Source: Callorhinchus milii (Eukaryota). Taken from it: DNA of 64,000 bases. Positions 42,066 to 55,111 of this stretch are shown here, in pieces. How positions within the stretch are numbered: position 1 is the stretch's first letter; every line of letters starts with the position of its first letter. The stretch covers positions 17,174,001 to 17,238,000 of the forward strand of contig NW_024704756.1 in the NCBI RefSeq assembly GCF_018977255.1, given 5' to 3'. The notes below the pieces were generated by a model, which had not been told where the DNA came from, ran no database searches, and was given only the letters and a program-made list of their open reading frames with translations. The translations under genes and the position numbers were made by a program.

Positions 42066-45000
42066 ATGAAGCAGAACAGCAGCGTGCCTGCCTTCCTCAG
42101 CAAGCTGTGGGCGCTGCTGGAGGATTCGGGGACAGACCAGCTGGTCTCCTGGAGCCGGGTGAGCGAGCCAGCGGGTGCGCAACGCTGGGTGGGAGGGGGG
42201 GGGGGGGGGTCGCGGGGTCCTGGTATTTATACCCCCCCCACACACACACCCTAATTGGAGAGGGAAGGGGGTCCCTCCTTTAAGCTGCGCGCACCCGGTG
42301 GTGGTGGGGGGGGGGGGGGGGGCGCGGGGTGCAGCAATTTTGCCCAAAGAAAGATACAGCAACAGGACAGAGAGAAGCATTCCCTGTTTTGTAGTGGGAA
42401 TGCCGGAGGGAGGGCGCGGCGGGGATTGCTGTGAGGCTGCGCTGTGGGTGTGAAACCGGGGTGGGGGGGGGGGGGGGGGCTGCCCGGGGAGGGTTGTGGG
42501 GGGAGAGGGGGTAAGAACTGCGTTGCCCCCTTTCCCGGGGTGTCTGGTGCTGAGGGGAGGGGTCAGTGTCGCACTTTATAAACGGGAGCGAGCGATGTGA
42601 TTGGCCGCCAAGTTTGTTACTGTTTCACTGGGCGACACGTGACTCGGTTTGCCCCGCCCCCTCACCCCCCATTCACAAAATCTCCTCATAGCCACCTCAA
42701 ACACCCCCCCATACACACATACCCCTCACCCCCCCATACCCCTCACCCCCCCATACACACATACCCCTCACCCCCCCTCATACCCCTCACCCCCCATACC
42801 CCTCACCCCCCCTCATACACACATACCCCTCACCCCCCATACCCCCTCACCCCCCCATACACACATAGCCCTCACCCCCCCTCATACCCCTCACCCCCCT
42901 CATACCCCTCACCCCCCCATACACACATACCCCTCACCCCCCCATACCCCTCACCCCCCCATACACACATACCCTTCACCCCCCCTCATACCCCTCACCC
43001 CCCCATACCCCTCACCCCCCTCATACACACATACCCCCCCCCCCATACCCCTCACCCCCCATACACACATAGCCCTCACCCCCCTCATACCCCTCACCCC
43101 CCCTCATACCCCTCACCCCCCATACCCCTCACCCCCCATACACACATACCCCTCACCCCCCCTCATACCCCTCACCCCCCTCATACCCCTCACCCCCCCA
43201 TACACACATACCCCTCACCCCCCATACCCCTCACCCCCCCTCATACCCCTCACCCCCCCATACACACATACCCCTCACCCCCCTCATACCCCTCACCCCC
43301 CCTCATACCCCTCACCCCCCCATACACACATACCCCCCCATACACACATACCCCTCACCCCCCTCATACCCCTCACCCCCCTCATACCCCTCACCCCCCT
43401 CATACCCCCATACACACATACCCCTCACCCCCCATACACACATACCCCTCACCCCCCCTCATACCCCTCACCCCCCCATACACACATACCCCTCACCCCC
43501 CTCACTACCCCTCACCCCCCATACACACATACCCCTCACCCCCCTCATACCCCCATACACACATACCCCTCACCCCCCCTCATACACACATACCCCTCAC
43601 CCCCCCTCATACCTCTCACCCCCCCTCATACACACATACCCCTCACCCCACCCTCATACACACATACCCCTCACCCCCCCTCATACACACATACCCCTCA
43701 CTCCCCCCTCATACACACATACCCCTCACCCCGCCTCATACACACATAGCCCTCACCCCCCCTCATACACACATATCCCTCAACCCCCCTTCATACACAC
43801 ATACCCCTCACATACACCCCCCACATACATATCCCTCACACACACACCCTCACACACACATACCCCTCACACACACACCCCTCATACACATATACGCCTC
43901 ACACACACACCCCTCATACACACATACCCCTCACACCCCCCCTCCTCATACACACATACCCCTCACACGCACATCCCTCACACACCCCACACACAAACAC
44001 ATGCTTCATACATAAGTAATGGTTAATCCCTGTAGCCTTTGCCCAGAATTATTTTGAAGGAAAATCATTTGAGGTGAAATGATTGTATGAGTTGCACCCC
44101 TGGCTCAGTCAGCCACACACTCAGCTCAGGAGGCTGGGGGTTCAGGCCCCACTTTGGGACTTTGATCTTGTTGGGTCAAGTTGACACTCTCGGGCAGAGC
44201 TAGGGAAGTGTTGCATTTTCCGAATATTGTCCTTCACGTGGGATGTTAAACCAAGGTCTGCCTGCTCAAGTGGATGTTAAAACCAGATTTTTTGTATGTA
44301 AGATGTAGTGGCTGTATTTTATAGGGAAACACAGCAGCCAATTTGCACACAGCAATGCCCCACAAACAGACATGAAGGGAGTGACCAATTTTATTTGTGG
44401 GATTGATGACCAGAACACCAAGAAAGAAAGAGAAACTCCCTTGTATTTTTAAACAGCGCCATGGGATCTTTAGTGTTCAGGCAGTATGGTTCGCAGTGAT
44501 GACTGCCTCTTGGTGGGAATGGGGGTGACTGGCTCTCAGCTGTGACAGGCTCTCCTCTCTGTATATATCTGCAGAATGGGACCTGTTTCCAGGTGTCCAA
44601 TGAGGGGAGGTTTGCCAAAGAGATCCTGCCGCTCTACTTCAAGCACAGCAACATGCCCAGCTTCATCCGCCAGCTCAACATGTGTAAGTGCCAGTGCTGG
44701 GCGCTGTGTTACCGGAAACCTGCAGCCCAACTTTGTCTATAATACACACAATGGGGTGCGTGCGATGGGATGCTGCAGTAAATGTTCCCCAGAGCTGTTG
44801 CCCCCCCCGGGCAGTCTGGCAGAAGGATAGCGTGTCTAACGCGATGTGCACCTCCCATGACACGTGTGAGGCGACCCCGGTTAGCGTGTTTCCTTGTTCC
44901 CCGCAGACGGCTTTCACAAAGTGGTGCTTGTGGACGGACGGCTGCCTCGGGACCTTGATGATGTCATCGAGTTCCAGCATCCGTATTTCAGACAGGGCGA

Positions 45001-48000
45001 AGCCCCTCTGCTGGAGAACATCAAGAGGAAGGTACGGAGGGTGTCCCTGTCTCTGGGGGCATGTCCATGTCTCGGTGGTGGGGGGGTCCCTGTTTGGGAG
45101 TGTCTGTCTCATTAAGTCATGTGTGTGTGACACAGGCTGATGGGTGATATTCTCGTTTTCAAGGTGTCGGTGAGCCGAACGGACGATGTCAAACTAAAAC
45201 AACAGGAAGTGTCAAAGATCCTGTCTGAAGTCCGTCAGATGAAAGGGAAACAAGACCTGACCGACAACAGGATTCTGGCTATTAAAAGGTTTTGTGTGTG
45301 TGTTTGTTTCGGAGGGGGGGGGTGAGATGTGCATGGGGGTTGGGGGTGTGGAGTGGGAGAGGCTGTGTGTGTATGTGTGGAGGGGGGAGGGGATGCGGGA
45401 TATGGGTTGAGCGATGCTATCAGTGAGTGAGTAGGGACTGGATGCAGGGGAAGGGGGTAAACTGAGCGATGACCTGGGGAATTGGTCTAATAAAACTGCT
45501 GATAAATCTCTCTCCGTGTTCTCTCTGTAGAGAAAATGAAGCTCTTTGGAATGAGATCTCATCCCTGAAACAGAAACAGCTGCAGCAGCATCAGGTCATC
45601 CGCAAGGTACTGATCCCCCTCTTCCCCACCACCCCTCTCCGGCCATCTTCCCAATTCTCCCCCCCTCCCGGCCATCATTCCAATTCCCCCCCCCACCTCA
45701 TCCCCACCCCTGTCGGGTGTTGTTTTCCCTGTACTGAGGTTCTGTTGAACTGCAATAAGAGGTTCTTTCCCGACAGATCGTCCATTTCATCGCCACCATG
45801 GTGCAGTCAAACAGCGTGGCTGGCATCAAGAGGAAGATGTGAGTCTCACCTTCTGATGATTGTATTCACTGTGACACAATTATGCTCACTTTCTTTGGGT
45901 GTGAGGGTGTCTGTGTGTCAGTGTGTGAGGGTGTTGTGGGTGTGAGCGTGTGCGTGTGGGTGTGTGTCTCTGTCGTTGTGTCTGTGTGTCTCTTTACCAC
46001 ATTTATGTATTGTGATTGCTTGCCATGGTTGAACATAGGAACCTAGGAATTGCTAGACGAATAAAAGGCCCAGGTCCATCTTGTTCACCGTCTACCATCC
46101 CGTTAGTCGCTTGTTACAATAATGGAGATGTTGATAGTGGTTCATTCTGTCTGGGTTTGTGTGATCCACTTTAACTAAACAAATGTCACAGTCTTCGTGT
46201 GTACGGGAGATTTTCTGCAAGTGTACAGCCGGACCTCGGGGGTAAGTGGTTGATTCCGGAAAGCACTCAGCGAGTCGCTGTGACCTTGTCCGCAGGCCTC
46301 TGATGATCAGCACCTCAGGGGGGACGCACTCCTACGCCAAGTACAGCCGGCCAATCACCATGGACGCCAGCCAGGACCCCACAGCTGTACACGGCATTCC
46401 GGTAAGACCCCACCCCACGTGCAAGTGAAAGGCACTGCTGGCAGATCAGCAGGACTGGGCCGGGCTGAGGGTTTGACTGACTGACTGACTGACGCGCACA
46501 CACACACTCCACTGCAGTGCTGGGGGGAGCGCTGCTTTGTCGGAGGTGCCATCGTTAAATTCAGACATTAAACAGAGCTCCTGACTGGCTGTTCAGGTGG
46601 GAGGTTAATTTAAGCACATTGGCCTCTCACTGTCGGTGGGGTGGGGTGTCCTCACGCCTTGCCCGGACTCTGGAGCATTCGGTGGATCTGACATATTTTC
46701 TTTCCTCAGAAATGTGAAACATGTGAGAAAAGCAGCGTGTATCCAGGCCGAGTCATCATCTCTGACATCACCGACCTGGACACTGACCAGGCTCTGGGGG
46801 AGCTGCCCAGGTAATGTCACTGCTCCGCAGGGCAGGGGTGGGGGTAGGGCAGGATGGGGCCAGGGTGAGGATGGGATGGGGGGCTGAGGCTGAGGTCACC
46901 GTCTGCACTAATTGGCCATTGCCTCCGTGTCTCTGTCCCGGCAGCTTTGAGCCAAGTGCAGCCGAGACGCTGTTCAGCGGCGACATAGAGACTCCATCGC
47001 TGGCACCTGGTGCTGGAGGCCCCACCTTCACTTCACACGACCTGTACGATGCTTTCCTTCACGACAGCTGCCACATGAGCGATGAGGAGATGTCCGACAG
47101 GTGAGAAACAGCCCCTCCCTCCTGACTGGTCTGAGTCACTAGCCTCGCCCTCCTACCCGCACCCCCACCTTTGCCTTGGAATGGTAGCCGAGGGCACTCA
47201 CTGTGTGATATAGCGCGGCGGGGAGAGTTGTTTACAGACAAACTCTTGTGTCAGCCTGGCTGGGTCGCTCGTGCTCGGAGGATTGTGGGTTCAAACCCCG
47301 CGTATGGAAGTTGAGCTCCCGGGCCAGGCTGACGCTCCAGTCCGTGTACAAACCTTTTCCTCATGTAGAAAATGGAATCTCGCCATTTCCCGTCTCTCCG
47401 GCAGGAGTGAGCTCATGGACCATCCAGACATGATTGACAGCAGCCTGGCCCAGATCCACTCCTCTCTCAGCAACGCTCAACTCAACATCAACCTGGACTT
47501 ACTCAGAGAGGTGAGTGGGCACCGTGGGGGGGCTGGTCTTTTTACTCCTGAAGCCGTTTGTTGGAAAAGAGAAGGGAGTTTCTCTTCGTATTTTCATTTT
47601 TCGGAGGGTTGGTCACGTCGGCAAATTATTCTTCCCTTTTCGGAGCATGATAACTTACTTAGTTTCTTTCAGTGAACAGTGTTAATTTTTCTGTTAAAAA
47701 TGTGTTCTATTCAATGAGTTAAGTGTTGAGGGACACTACCCCAAGTGAAGGTCGCTGTATAAATGCAAGTTGTTGTTGTTGATGTTGTTGCGGCAGCCAA
47801 TAGAGGGCACTCTCCTCTAACATAACATGTAAGAGCCTTCGAGCCTCCGCCCCGACATTCAATCGTGGCTGATCTTCTAATCTAACTCCAGCTAATAACC
47901 TGACGCTGCCTTATCCCCATATCCCTTAATCCCTTTTGCAATAAGAAATCTATCCAGATTACCTGTCTGACCCATGTGTCTGAAAAGGAAAACGTCTCTG

Positions 48001-49814
48001 TATCACTGAGGACACTTTGGTCACATTTCTTTTATGGCTATTACGCAAATCAGTTTTTTTTTTTAAAAAACCAGATTGTTAAATTCCATTAACCGGTTAA
48101 AATTAGGAGATTGTGGGGACTGAGTTTAGATTCACTCCTAGTTTACAAACTAACGACAGGACACGGGAAGCTCAGTGGTTAGAGTATTCGCCTTGAGCAA
48201 GTTTCCTTACTCCACACACCTGATAATAATCCCTGAAGAAGAAAAAACAATAGTAAATTGGTCATTTCAATCCACGACTGTTTGTGGGACGCTGCTGTGC
48301 GCAAATGGCTGCTGCGTTTTGCCCACAAATATACAGTCAATTCACTTTACAGTCTATTCTGTGAAGCGCTTTGAGAAGATGTGATAAAGCGCTGTATCAA
48401 GTGCAAGTATTATTATTATAGAATCTCAGTCTTACATTTAATGCTTCGTACCTATTTATAATAATAATAATAATAATCATTGTGCACAGCAGCGTCCCAC
48501 AAACAGTCGTGGATTGAAGTGACCAGTTCTGCTTTGAATCAGTCAGTTATATATTAACTCAGAATGTGTAAGCCGTTAAACTATGAGATCGAAGTCCTGA
48601 TGTGAGGCTTGAACCCGCAAACCCCTGCCCCTCCAGGCGAGCGGGTGAGTGAGTGACTGAGACAGACTGACTGTGACACATTGTGTGATGGTTTCTCCTG
48701 CCTGTTCTTGCAGCTCTTCAGTCCGTCCAGTGGAGGGTCAGTAACTGCCTACGCTGACGTGGGAGCCCACACCCAGGAGGTGCGAATTGTAGTTATTCAG
48801 TTACTCCTCTGCAGTTGTTCGCTGTCTGATAATTTGGTGTCTCTGCTTCTGTGTCTCTCTCATAATTTATCTCTTTTAGTCTTGGTATTATTCTGGCCTC
48901 TCTCTGTCTCTCAATTTCTTTCTCTCAGTCGCTCTCTGTCTGTCTCTGTCTCTCTATCTTTGTAACTGGACCGAGCTGTTACTGATAATATCACATTGTG
49001 AAGTCCTGATTGCCAGGAGGGAGGGAGTGGGTGGGGATGTAAGGACCAAGTTGTGGGGATCAGTAATGTCCGGTTGGGGTTTGTGTGTTGCAGGCGATGG
49101 CTGGGGAGTGGGAGTTGAGCCAGCGAGTGGGACACGAGGGTGCCCTGCCCCCGGCTGAGCAAGGTGAGCTGTGTGAGCGCTCCCCGGGGATGTGCAGAGC
49201 ACAAGGGGAAGCTACCGGGAGCCGCGCAGAGACATTAGTGCAGTGGTTAGAGTGTTCACCTCGCAAGCAAGAGGACCCAGGTTTGATTCTGGGCATAGCA
49301 AACCTTAGGCAAGTTTCCTTACTCCTCACACATGCTTCTGTTTACCTATTGATCACTCAATCCACGATTGTTTGTGGGACGTCGCTGTGCGTTGCCCACA
49401 AAATACACAGTCACTCCACTTTACAGTATATCCTGTGAAGCGCTTTGAGATGCCTCAATGACGTGATAAGGCCCTCGTGTCAAATGTGAGGATTATTATT
49501 GTTATCCTCCTGTGTGTTGAGGAGGTTTGCATGCGGGAGCTTTGTGGGGGAGGGGTGGGTGGGGGAGGCTGTTTGCAGGGCTGTGGTGGGCACACACTGA
49601 GAACTCGCTGTCTTTTCCAGAGAGCGGGGAGCGGACGGATGGCTCGTACCCGAGAGAGGAAGAGGAGGAGGAGGAGGGGGTGGACATGCTGCCTACGCTT
49701 CTGGAGTTGGCACAGGAGGCTGGCGCTGGCGGCAGCTTCTTCCCCCCCACGGCTGGGGCCGAGGCCTTCAACCCCCCTTCACCAGAGCAGAGACCCCCCT
49801 TACTGTGCAGCTAG
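42066..49814 (+). CDS. Heat shock transcription factor (HSF2/HSF3-like, possibly HSF3 by synteny), ~462 aa
   Basis: Exons 42066-42158 (VPAFLSKLW), 44575-44683 ([15 protein letters not shown]), 44907-45031 ([15 protein letters not shown]), 45164-45288, 45531-45606, 45777-45838 (HR-A/B), 46296-46401, 46710-46810 (IISDIT), 46945-47100, 47405-47510 (HR-C), 48714-48779, 49094-49163 and 49621-49814. Phase-consistent, 1389 nt. The family call is firm; the paralogue identity is not. Confidence 0.92.
42700..43990. repeat. C-rich minisatellite in HSF intron 1
   Basis: Units CATACCCCTCACCCCCC and CATACACA; almost no G on the + strand. Confidence 0.92.
48168..48420 (+). mobile_element. tRNA-derived SINE, internally deleted
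   Basis: AGCTCAGTGGTTAGAG head joined to the family body and (ATT)n tail. Confidence 0.8.
49235..49505 (+). mobile_element. tRNA-derived SINE
   Basis: TAGTGCAGTGGTTAGAG..GGTTTGATTC head, family body and tail. Confidence 0.8.
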
Positions 49815-51832
49815 ACACAGGACATCGCCCCCCCGGGGGGCGGTGGGGGCAGGGAGCCCTGGCACTGACTGGAGAGTACGCTGTGGCTGTGAAGGAGCCC
49901 AGGGCTGTAGCTTGGTCCTGCGCTGGTTCTGAGTTTAAACCTTCCCGCCCCTTGAGCCGGCCGTTAATTACAGCTTTCAACCTGAATGTGGCCTTGCACT
50001 TTGTATGTTGATTCTCGTGTGACTAGACTAGGCTTTCACCAGGGGAAGCGAGCATTGCTGTGGGCTTGTGTACCCCCCCCCACTATCCCCCTCCCACCCA
50101 TCGTTATCGTTCCCCGTGTCAGTCCCCCGGCAATCCCTCCTCCCTGGCAGTTGACCTTCGACGCGGTGGTGAATGGTCAGAGGTGACTCGGTGAGCGACG
50201 GTCAGGGGGAAAGGGGCAGTGCTGTGGGCTTGTGCACTCCCCCCCACTATCCCCTCGTATTCTCCGCCCCCCCCCCCACCCATCATCCCCCGCCCTCCGC
50301 TCCGCCTGCCTTAGCTGGAGGCCAGCACATCATTGTCTCCGTTTGCAATTTTAGAAAGCTATTGTTAAACCGTTTATATTGTATGTCTGTGTGTATGTGT
50401 ACGACTGACTGACTGAGTCTGTGTGTGTTTTCTTCTGTCTCTTGTGTGTCTGTATGACCTGAGTGTGTGTGGAGGAGAAAGCAAAGACACTTTTTAACAA
50501 AACTAGGGATAGTGGATTATTTCCCACACGATCAATAGTATAAATATTTGTGTGGCAGCACTGCCCACAGCCGGTTTTATTTTTTGCGTGTGGCGCACGC
50601 ACGCACACGGCAAGCTTTGCACTTTGTAACGGGTGGCCTGGCGTCAGCCACGCTCCCGAATTGGATGGAGAGCAATATGTACTAAATGTATCCCGGGAGG
50701 TGCCATTCTATGTGAGGACAGTGGGAGTCCATGGCCTCTGTGGCTATGATGTATGTCTGGGTGCAGCTCCTGTTCTCAGCCTTAAGCCCATTGACTTCAA
50801 ATTCAAGATTTGTGGGAAAATTCTTCCCCTGGAGACTGACCTTCTGGTTTCCCTTCAAAACGACTTGAAGGCCGAAGGGAAGAATTGTCCTCTCGTGAGC
50901 TTCATGTTAAAGACGATGGTCCTAAGGCTAAGAACCTAGGAATCTCAGATCCCTGATGTTTTACCCCAATAGATTTCTTCGCCACATGAAACAAAAGCCC
51001 TTTTATCGGATTTTCTTTCAATTTGTGTGTGTGTGTGATGGGGAGAAAAAACCTGTACATAGTTTTTGCCAGATGTTGTTTTCTAAGTGCTTTTGTACAC
51101 TAAGCCAGTTAGCACAGCACTGTAGTGTGTGCAGTGTGGGTGTGAGTGCTGGACAAGACGTGTTTCTTACAAGGAGTGAACATTAAACGTATAATACCAG
51201 ACGTGCTGTGTGTGGGCTCTGTGTGACTGCGGGTTTCACCTCATTGACTTTTTAACCTCCTCGATTTACAGCAACGACTTGTGTTTAAGCAGCGGCCTTC
51301 ACGCAGGGCAGCATCCCGGAGAGTGCAACAATGGTGAGGTTCGAGTGCCAAGCCGGGGAGAAAGGGGAGATGGATGAATGGATTTGCGGTCGAAGAAAGT
51401 CTTCAGGTGTGATCTGAAGATGGGCAAAGAGGACGAGGTGCAGGGATTTGGGCAGAGGGTGCCAGAGAGTGGGGGCAGTACTGTAGTGGCTGAAAGCAGG
51501 GAATGTTTGGTCTCATGAAGGTTTGAGCGTAACTGAATGATCTTTCATTTTCTATACGTTAACAAGATCAAGCTCTTCACAGGAAATTCCTACCTCTCGC
51601 GGTGTCTTATTGTTTGTAGGCAAATGTGTCGTCAGTTTTCGCACCACAACGTCCCACAAACGGTCACCAGGTGAAACCGCAATTTAATCCAGACAACGAT
51701 TGTGTGTGAGGTCAAAGGTCCCAGCGACGAGGGGCTTGAGGTCAGGACACGCCAAGCGTTCTGGCCACTGTGACGTCACAGAGAGCCTGAGCCCCGCTGC
51801 GGCCGAGAGGCAGCCCAGGGGATGTGGAGAAT

Positions 51833-52645
51833 ATGCGTATTTTCATCAACCTCCTGAGAGCCAAGGTTTGTGTGAGTGACGTGATCAGCCCCGGGCGGAG
51901 GCAGTGTCTGCAGTACATCAGGACACTGCGAGCTCTGCAAAGCGAAGGTCTCTACACCGTGTACCTGGGGGAAACCCCCCTCCCCGAGAGCCTGCTGATA
52001 GGTGACGTGTCGCCCCAGCCGGCCAGCTCCAGGGGTCCGGCCGAGCAGGGCTTGATGCTGGTACACGCCGGGGGGATGAGGGGCTGGGTACCGTGGAACT
52101 ACCGAGTCTTCTTCGGATGCCAGGAGCTGTGGCCTGTGCCGGAGACGGTAGGGAATGCCGGTGAACGGCTCTTCCCGGAGTTTTGCCATGCGCTCAGGAG
52201 CTCGTACGGGAGATGTGCTGTCGTCGTCAGGACAAACCAACGGCTGCCGTCCCTGGGCACGAAGAGGAACCATCTGGCCACAGCCTCACTCGAGCTGCCT
52301 CAACACCCACCAGGGGACGGCCAGGGCTGCCCACCACAGCCAACCCCCACCATCACATATTGCCCCCAGATTGCCAACTCCTATGGGCACCAGCTGCTGT
52401 GGCTGCCCTCTCATCACCCTCACCTCAGCCCCCTGGAGGCTGCCTGGGCTACCCTCAAATGGACTATAATAAATAACCGGAAACAGTTCACCATCAGTGC
52501 CGTCCCCACGGTAACGGGCTACCGGTGCATCAACGTCAAGGCCCTGATGGAGGCCGCGGTGGAAGCCGTAAGCCACTCCAAGTGGCGGCTGTCCATCAGT
52601 CGGGTCAAACGGTGGGAAAATCATTACCTTCAGCAGGAAGCCTAG
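51833..52645 (+). CDS. C21orf140/FAM243-like protein, single coding exon, 270 aa
   Basis: Motifs RRQCLQYIRTLRALQ, TVYLGET, VHAGG..GWVPW.YRVF, LFPEFC, GHQLLWLP..LSPLEAAWATLKWTIINNR and RVKRWENHYL match human C21orf140 (FAM243) as I recall it. First ATG at 51833, TAG at 52643-52645, AATAAA at 52662-52667. Confidence 0.85.
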   Translation: MRIFINLLRAKVCVSDVISPGRRQCLQYIRTLRALQSEGLYTVYLGETPLPESLLIGDVSPQPASSRGPAEQGLMLVHAGGMRGWVPWNYRVFFGCQELWPVPETVGNAGERLFPEFCHALRSSYGRCAVVVRTNQRLPSLGTKRNHLATASLELPQHPPGDGQGCPPQPTPTITYCPQIANSYGHQLLWLPSHHPHLSPLEAAWATLKWTIINNRKQFTISAVPTVTGYRCINVKALMEAAVEAVSHSKWRLSISRVKRWENHYLQQEA

Positions 52646-52937
52646 GGCCTGCTCACCGGCTAATAAACCCTCTATTGTCTGTTAGTTCCCGTATTTTATT
52701 CCCGTCGCTGTAACCTCATTTTTAGAAATTACAGAACCAGGAAAAAACCTGGAATGTGAGAGGGAAAGTGGTGAACACGTGGGGGGGTTACACTGCAAAA
52801 TGTTTATGGATTTTAAAAAAGTGCAAAATAGGAGGTTTGTTTTTTATACAGGTAACGTTAACCCTGTACAAACCATCGGTTACTCCACAGTACATGGTCC
52901 AGTTTGGAGCCCAATGATTTAGGAAAACTGTAAAGAA

Positions 52938-53300
52938 GACACAGTGTAAAGCTTCCTCCACACTGTCCATCCCAGGTCAGGGTTAGAGACACAGTAAAGC
53001 TCCTCTACACTGTGCGTCCACACTCCCAGGTCAGGGTTAGAGACACAGTAACGCTCCTCTACACTGTGCGTCCACACTCCCAGGTCAGGGTTAGAGACAC
53101 AGTAACGCTCCTCTACACTGTGCGTCCACACTCCCAGGTCAGGGTTAGAGACACAGTAAAGCTCCTCTACACTGTGTGTCCACACTCCCAGGTCAGGGTT
53201 AGAGACACAGTAACGCTCCTCTACACTGTGCGTCCACACTCCCAGGTCAGGGTTAGAGACACAGTAACGCTCCTCTACACTGTGCGTCCACACTCCCAGT
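52938..53300 (+). repeat. 54-bp minisatellite array (same family)
   Basis: About 6.5 copies; gives the spurious 18-aa periodic ORFs. Confidence 0.92.
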
Positions 53301-55111
53301 TTAGAGTGAACACAAGTTAAGAGAAAGAAAGATGAACATATCTAAACTTGCTCTAAATAATTCCCCTTAAACCATCGCTTGGCAACCAGAATAGAATAAA
53401 CAAACATTGTGCCAGAATGCCAACCCTAAAGTCTTCCATTACAGCATCAAGATATTTCCTAAATGAGTCTGTGTATGTGTGAGTACAATTGAATGTGAGT
53501 GTATGTACCCGTGTGTGAGTGAATGTGTGTGAGGGAGTGAGCGTGTGAGCAGAATGAAAATAATAATAATCCTTCCATTTGATATAGCGCCTAATCACAT
53601 CGTTGAGACATCTCAAAGCCCTTCACAGGATACATTGTAAAGTATAGTGACTTATGTGAGCCTTTCACCCATAAAATGCACAGTCACTACACTTCACAGT
53701 ATATCCTGTGAAGCGCTTTGAGATGTCTCAATGACATGATAAGGCACTTGATCAAATGCAAGCATTATTATTATCAGGTAAGGCCAGGATCACAGTAGAT
53801 TCTTCACCAACACTCGCAGTCTGTGCTCATGTGGAGAGTGTGTGTGTGTGTGGGGTGTGTGGAGAGGACATTCATTCACACCCAACCCCTCTCACAGGAA
53901 GGAATCAGGCTGCAGATAAGCAGAAGTACAGTGTATAATGAGTGATTGTGAGCAGGTTGGTTTGCTGGGGTGTGAAGATAAACACTGGCAGGTTTGTACA
54001 CACTGTGGGAGGGGGGGGCGGAGGCGGGAGAGTGAGTGGATTATTCCTTATCTGTTGATTGTGAGGCTGGAGTTGCTGAGCAGCCGTGTGACTGGAGCAA
54101 AATCAGGTCACCTGAGGAGCGGAGACAACACTGAGCACTCAACCAGGAGCCCCTCACAGGCAACTGGAGTTTGATGCAAATATTGAACAAAGTGGTGAAA
54201 ATTTCAACCTGGGATGTGTTAAATATCACTGGTGTTAACCCATGAGAGTAACCCTCTCCCCTTGACTCTGTGACAATGGATTGGTTGCACATTGGACTTG
54301 TGGTTGGCAGAGTGCAGCGCGGGCTGGTTATCGGGTTACCAGTTTAACTCTGATTTTCTTTTGCCCAGCCGGGTGTCTGACACAACCGGAAACTCATTAC
54401 CATGTTTAAGAGTCTTCAAACCAAACTGAGAATTCCACGCATCCCACCTACACATGGAAATCCATGTGAACCACACGGAAGAGATAGATTGTTGGAATGG
54501 GATGCGCACTCTTTCTCTGGAGGGATGTATCCTGCTCACTTAATTCCGAGTATTAGGTGCCAGTTGGCGAGAGCCAAGGCTTTGGGGTGGGGGGGCCCAG
54601 AGTGTGCGGTGGGGTAACTGCTGGAGTCTAACCAGCTAAAACCACAAAAGTGCATAGCTTGCTATTGGCAGCACCATCTGGCCAGCTTTCCCGCTGCTTG
54701 TCCAGCTAGGACCCCTCTCCCCGTTAGTTAGGGCTTTGGCTGCAGGGTCACCAGGGGCTGAGGAGGAGGATTCCCGGCCTCCAGTGACTGGTCGGCCCTT
54801 CCAGGTCCTGCGGCTGAGCCAGGCCGGGCTGAGCTGCCATCAGCGGTGAGTGCCCTGGGATACTGCGGCCCCTCCTGGCACAGAGGGTGGGCTTGATTAC
54901 GACACTCCACTGCCAAACATGTCACCCAGGGACCAGTTTGGCCCCGGGTCAATGCTGCCTCCCTCCTCCAAGGGAGGAATAATTAATATCCCCCTCACAT
55001 GGGTGGGGGGGATAGCGTCTCGGAGCGAGTGTCAGACATCGAGCCAGAGGTAAAGACACCCACAAGGCAGAGTCTGTGCATTGACTTTGAGCGGCAACTG
55101 GCCCAAGTGTG

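Noticed and set aside
42597-44015. 472- and 366-aa Pro/His-rich ORFs
   Set aside because: C-rich intronic minisatellite that lacks stop codons because of its composition.
52938-53300. Regularly spaced repeats resembling a CRISPR array
   Set aside because: No unique spacers, no cas genes, and a vertebrate context.
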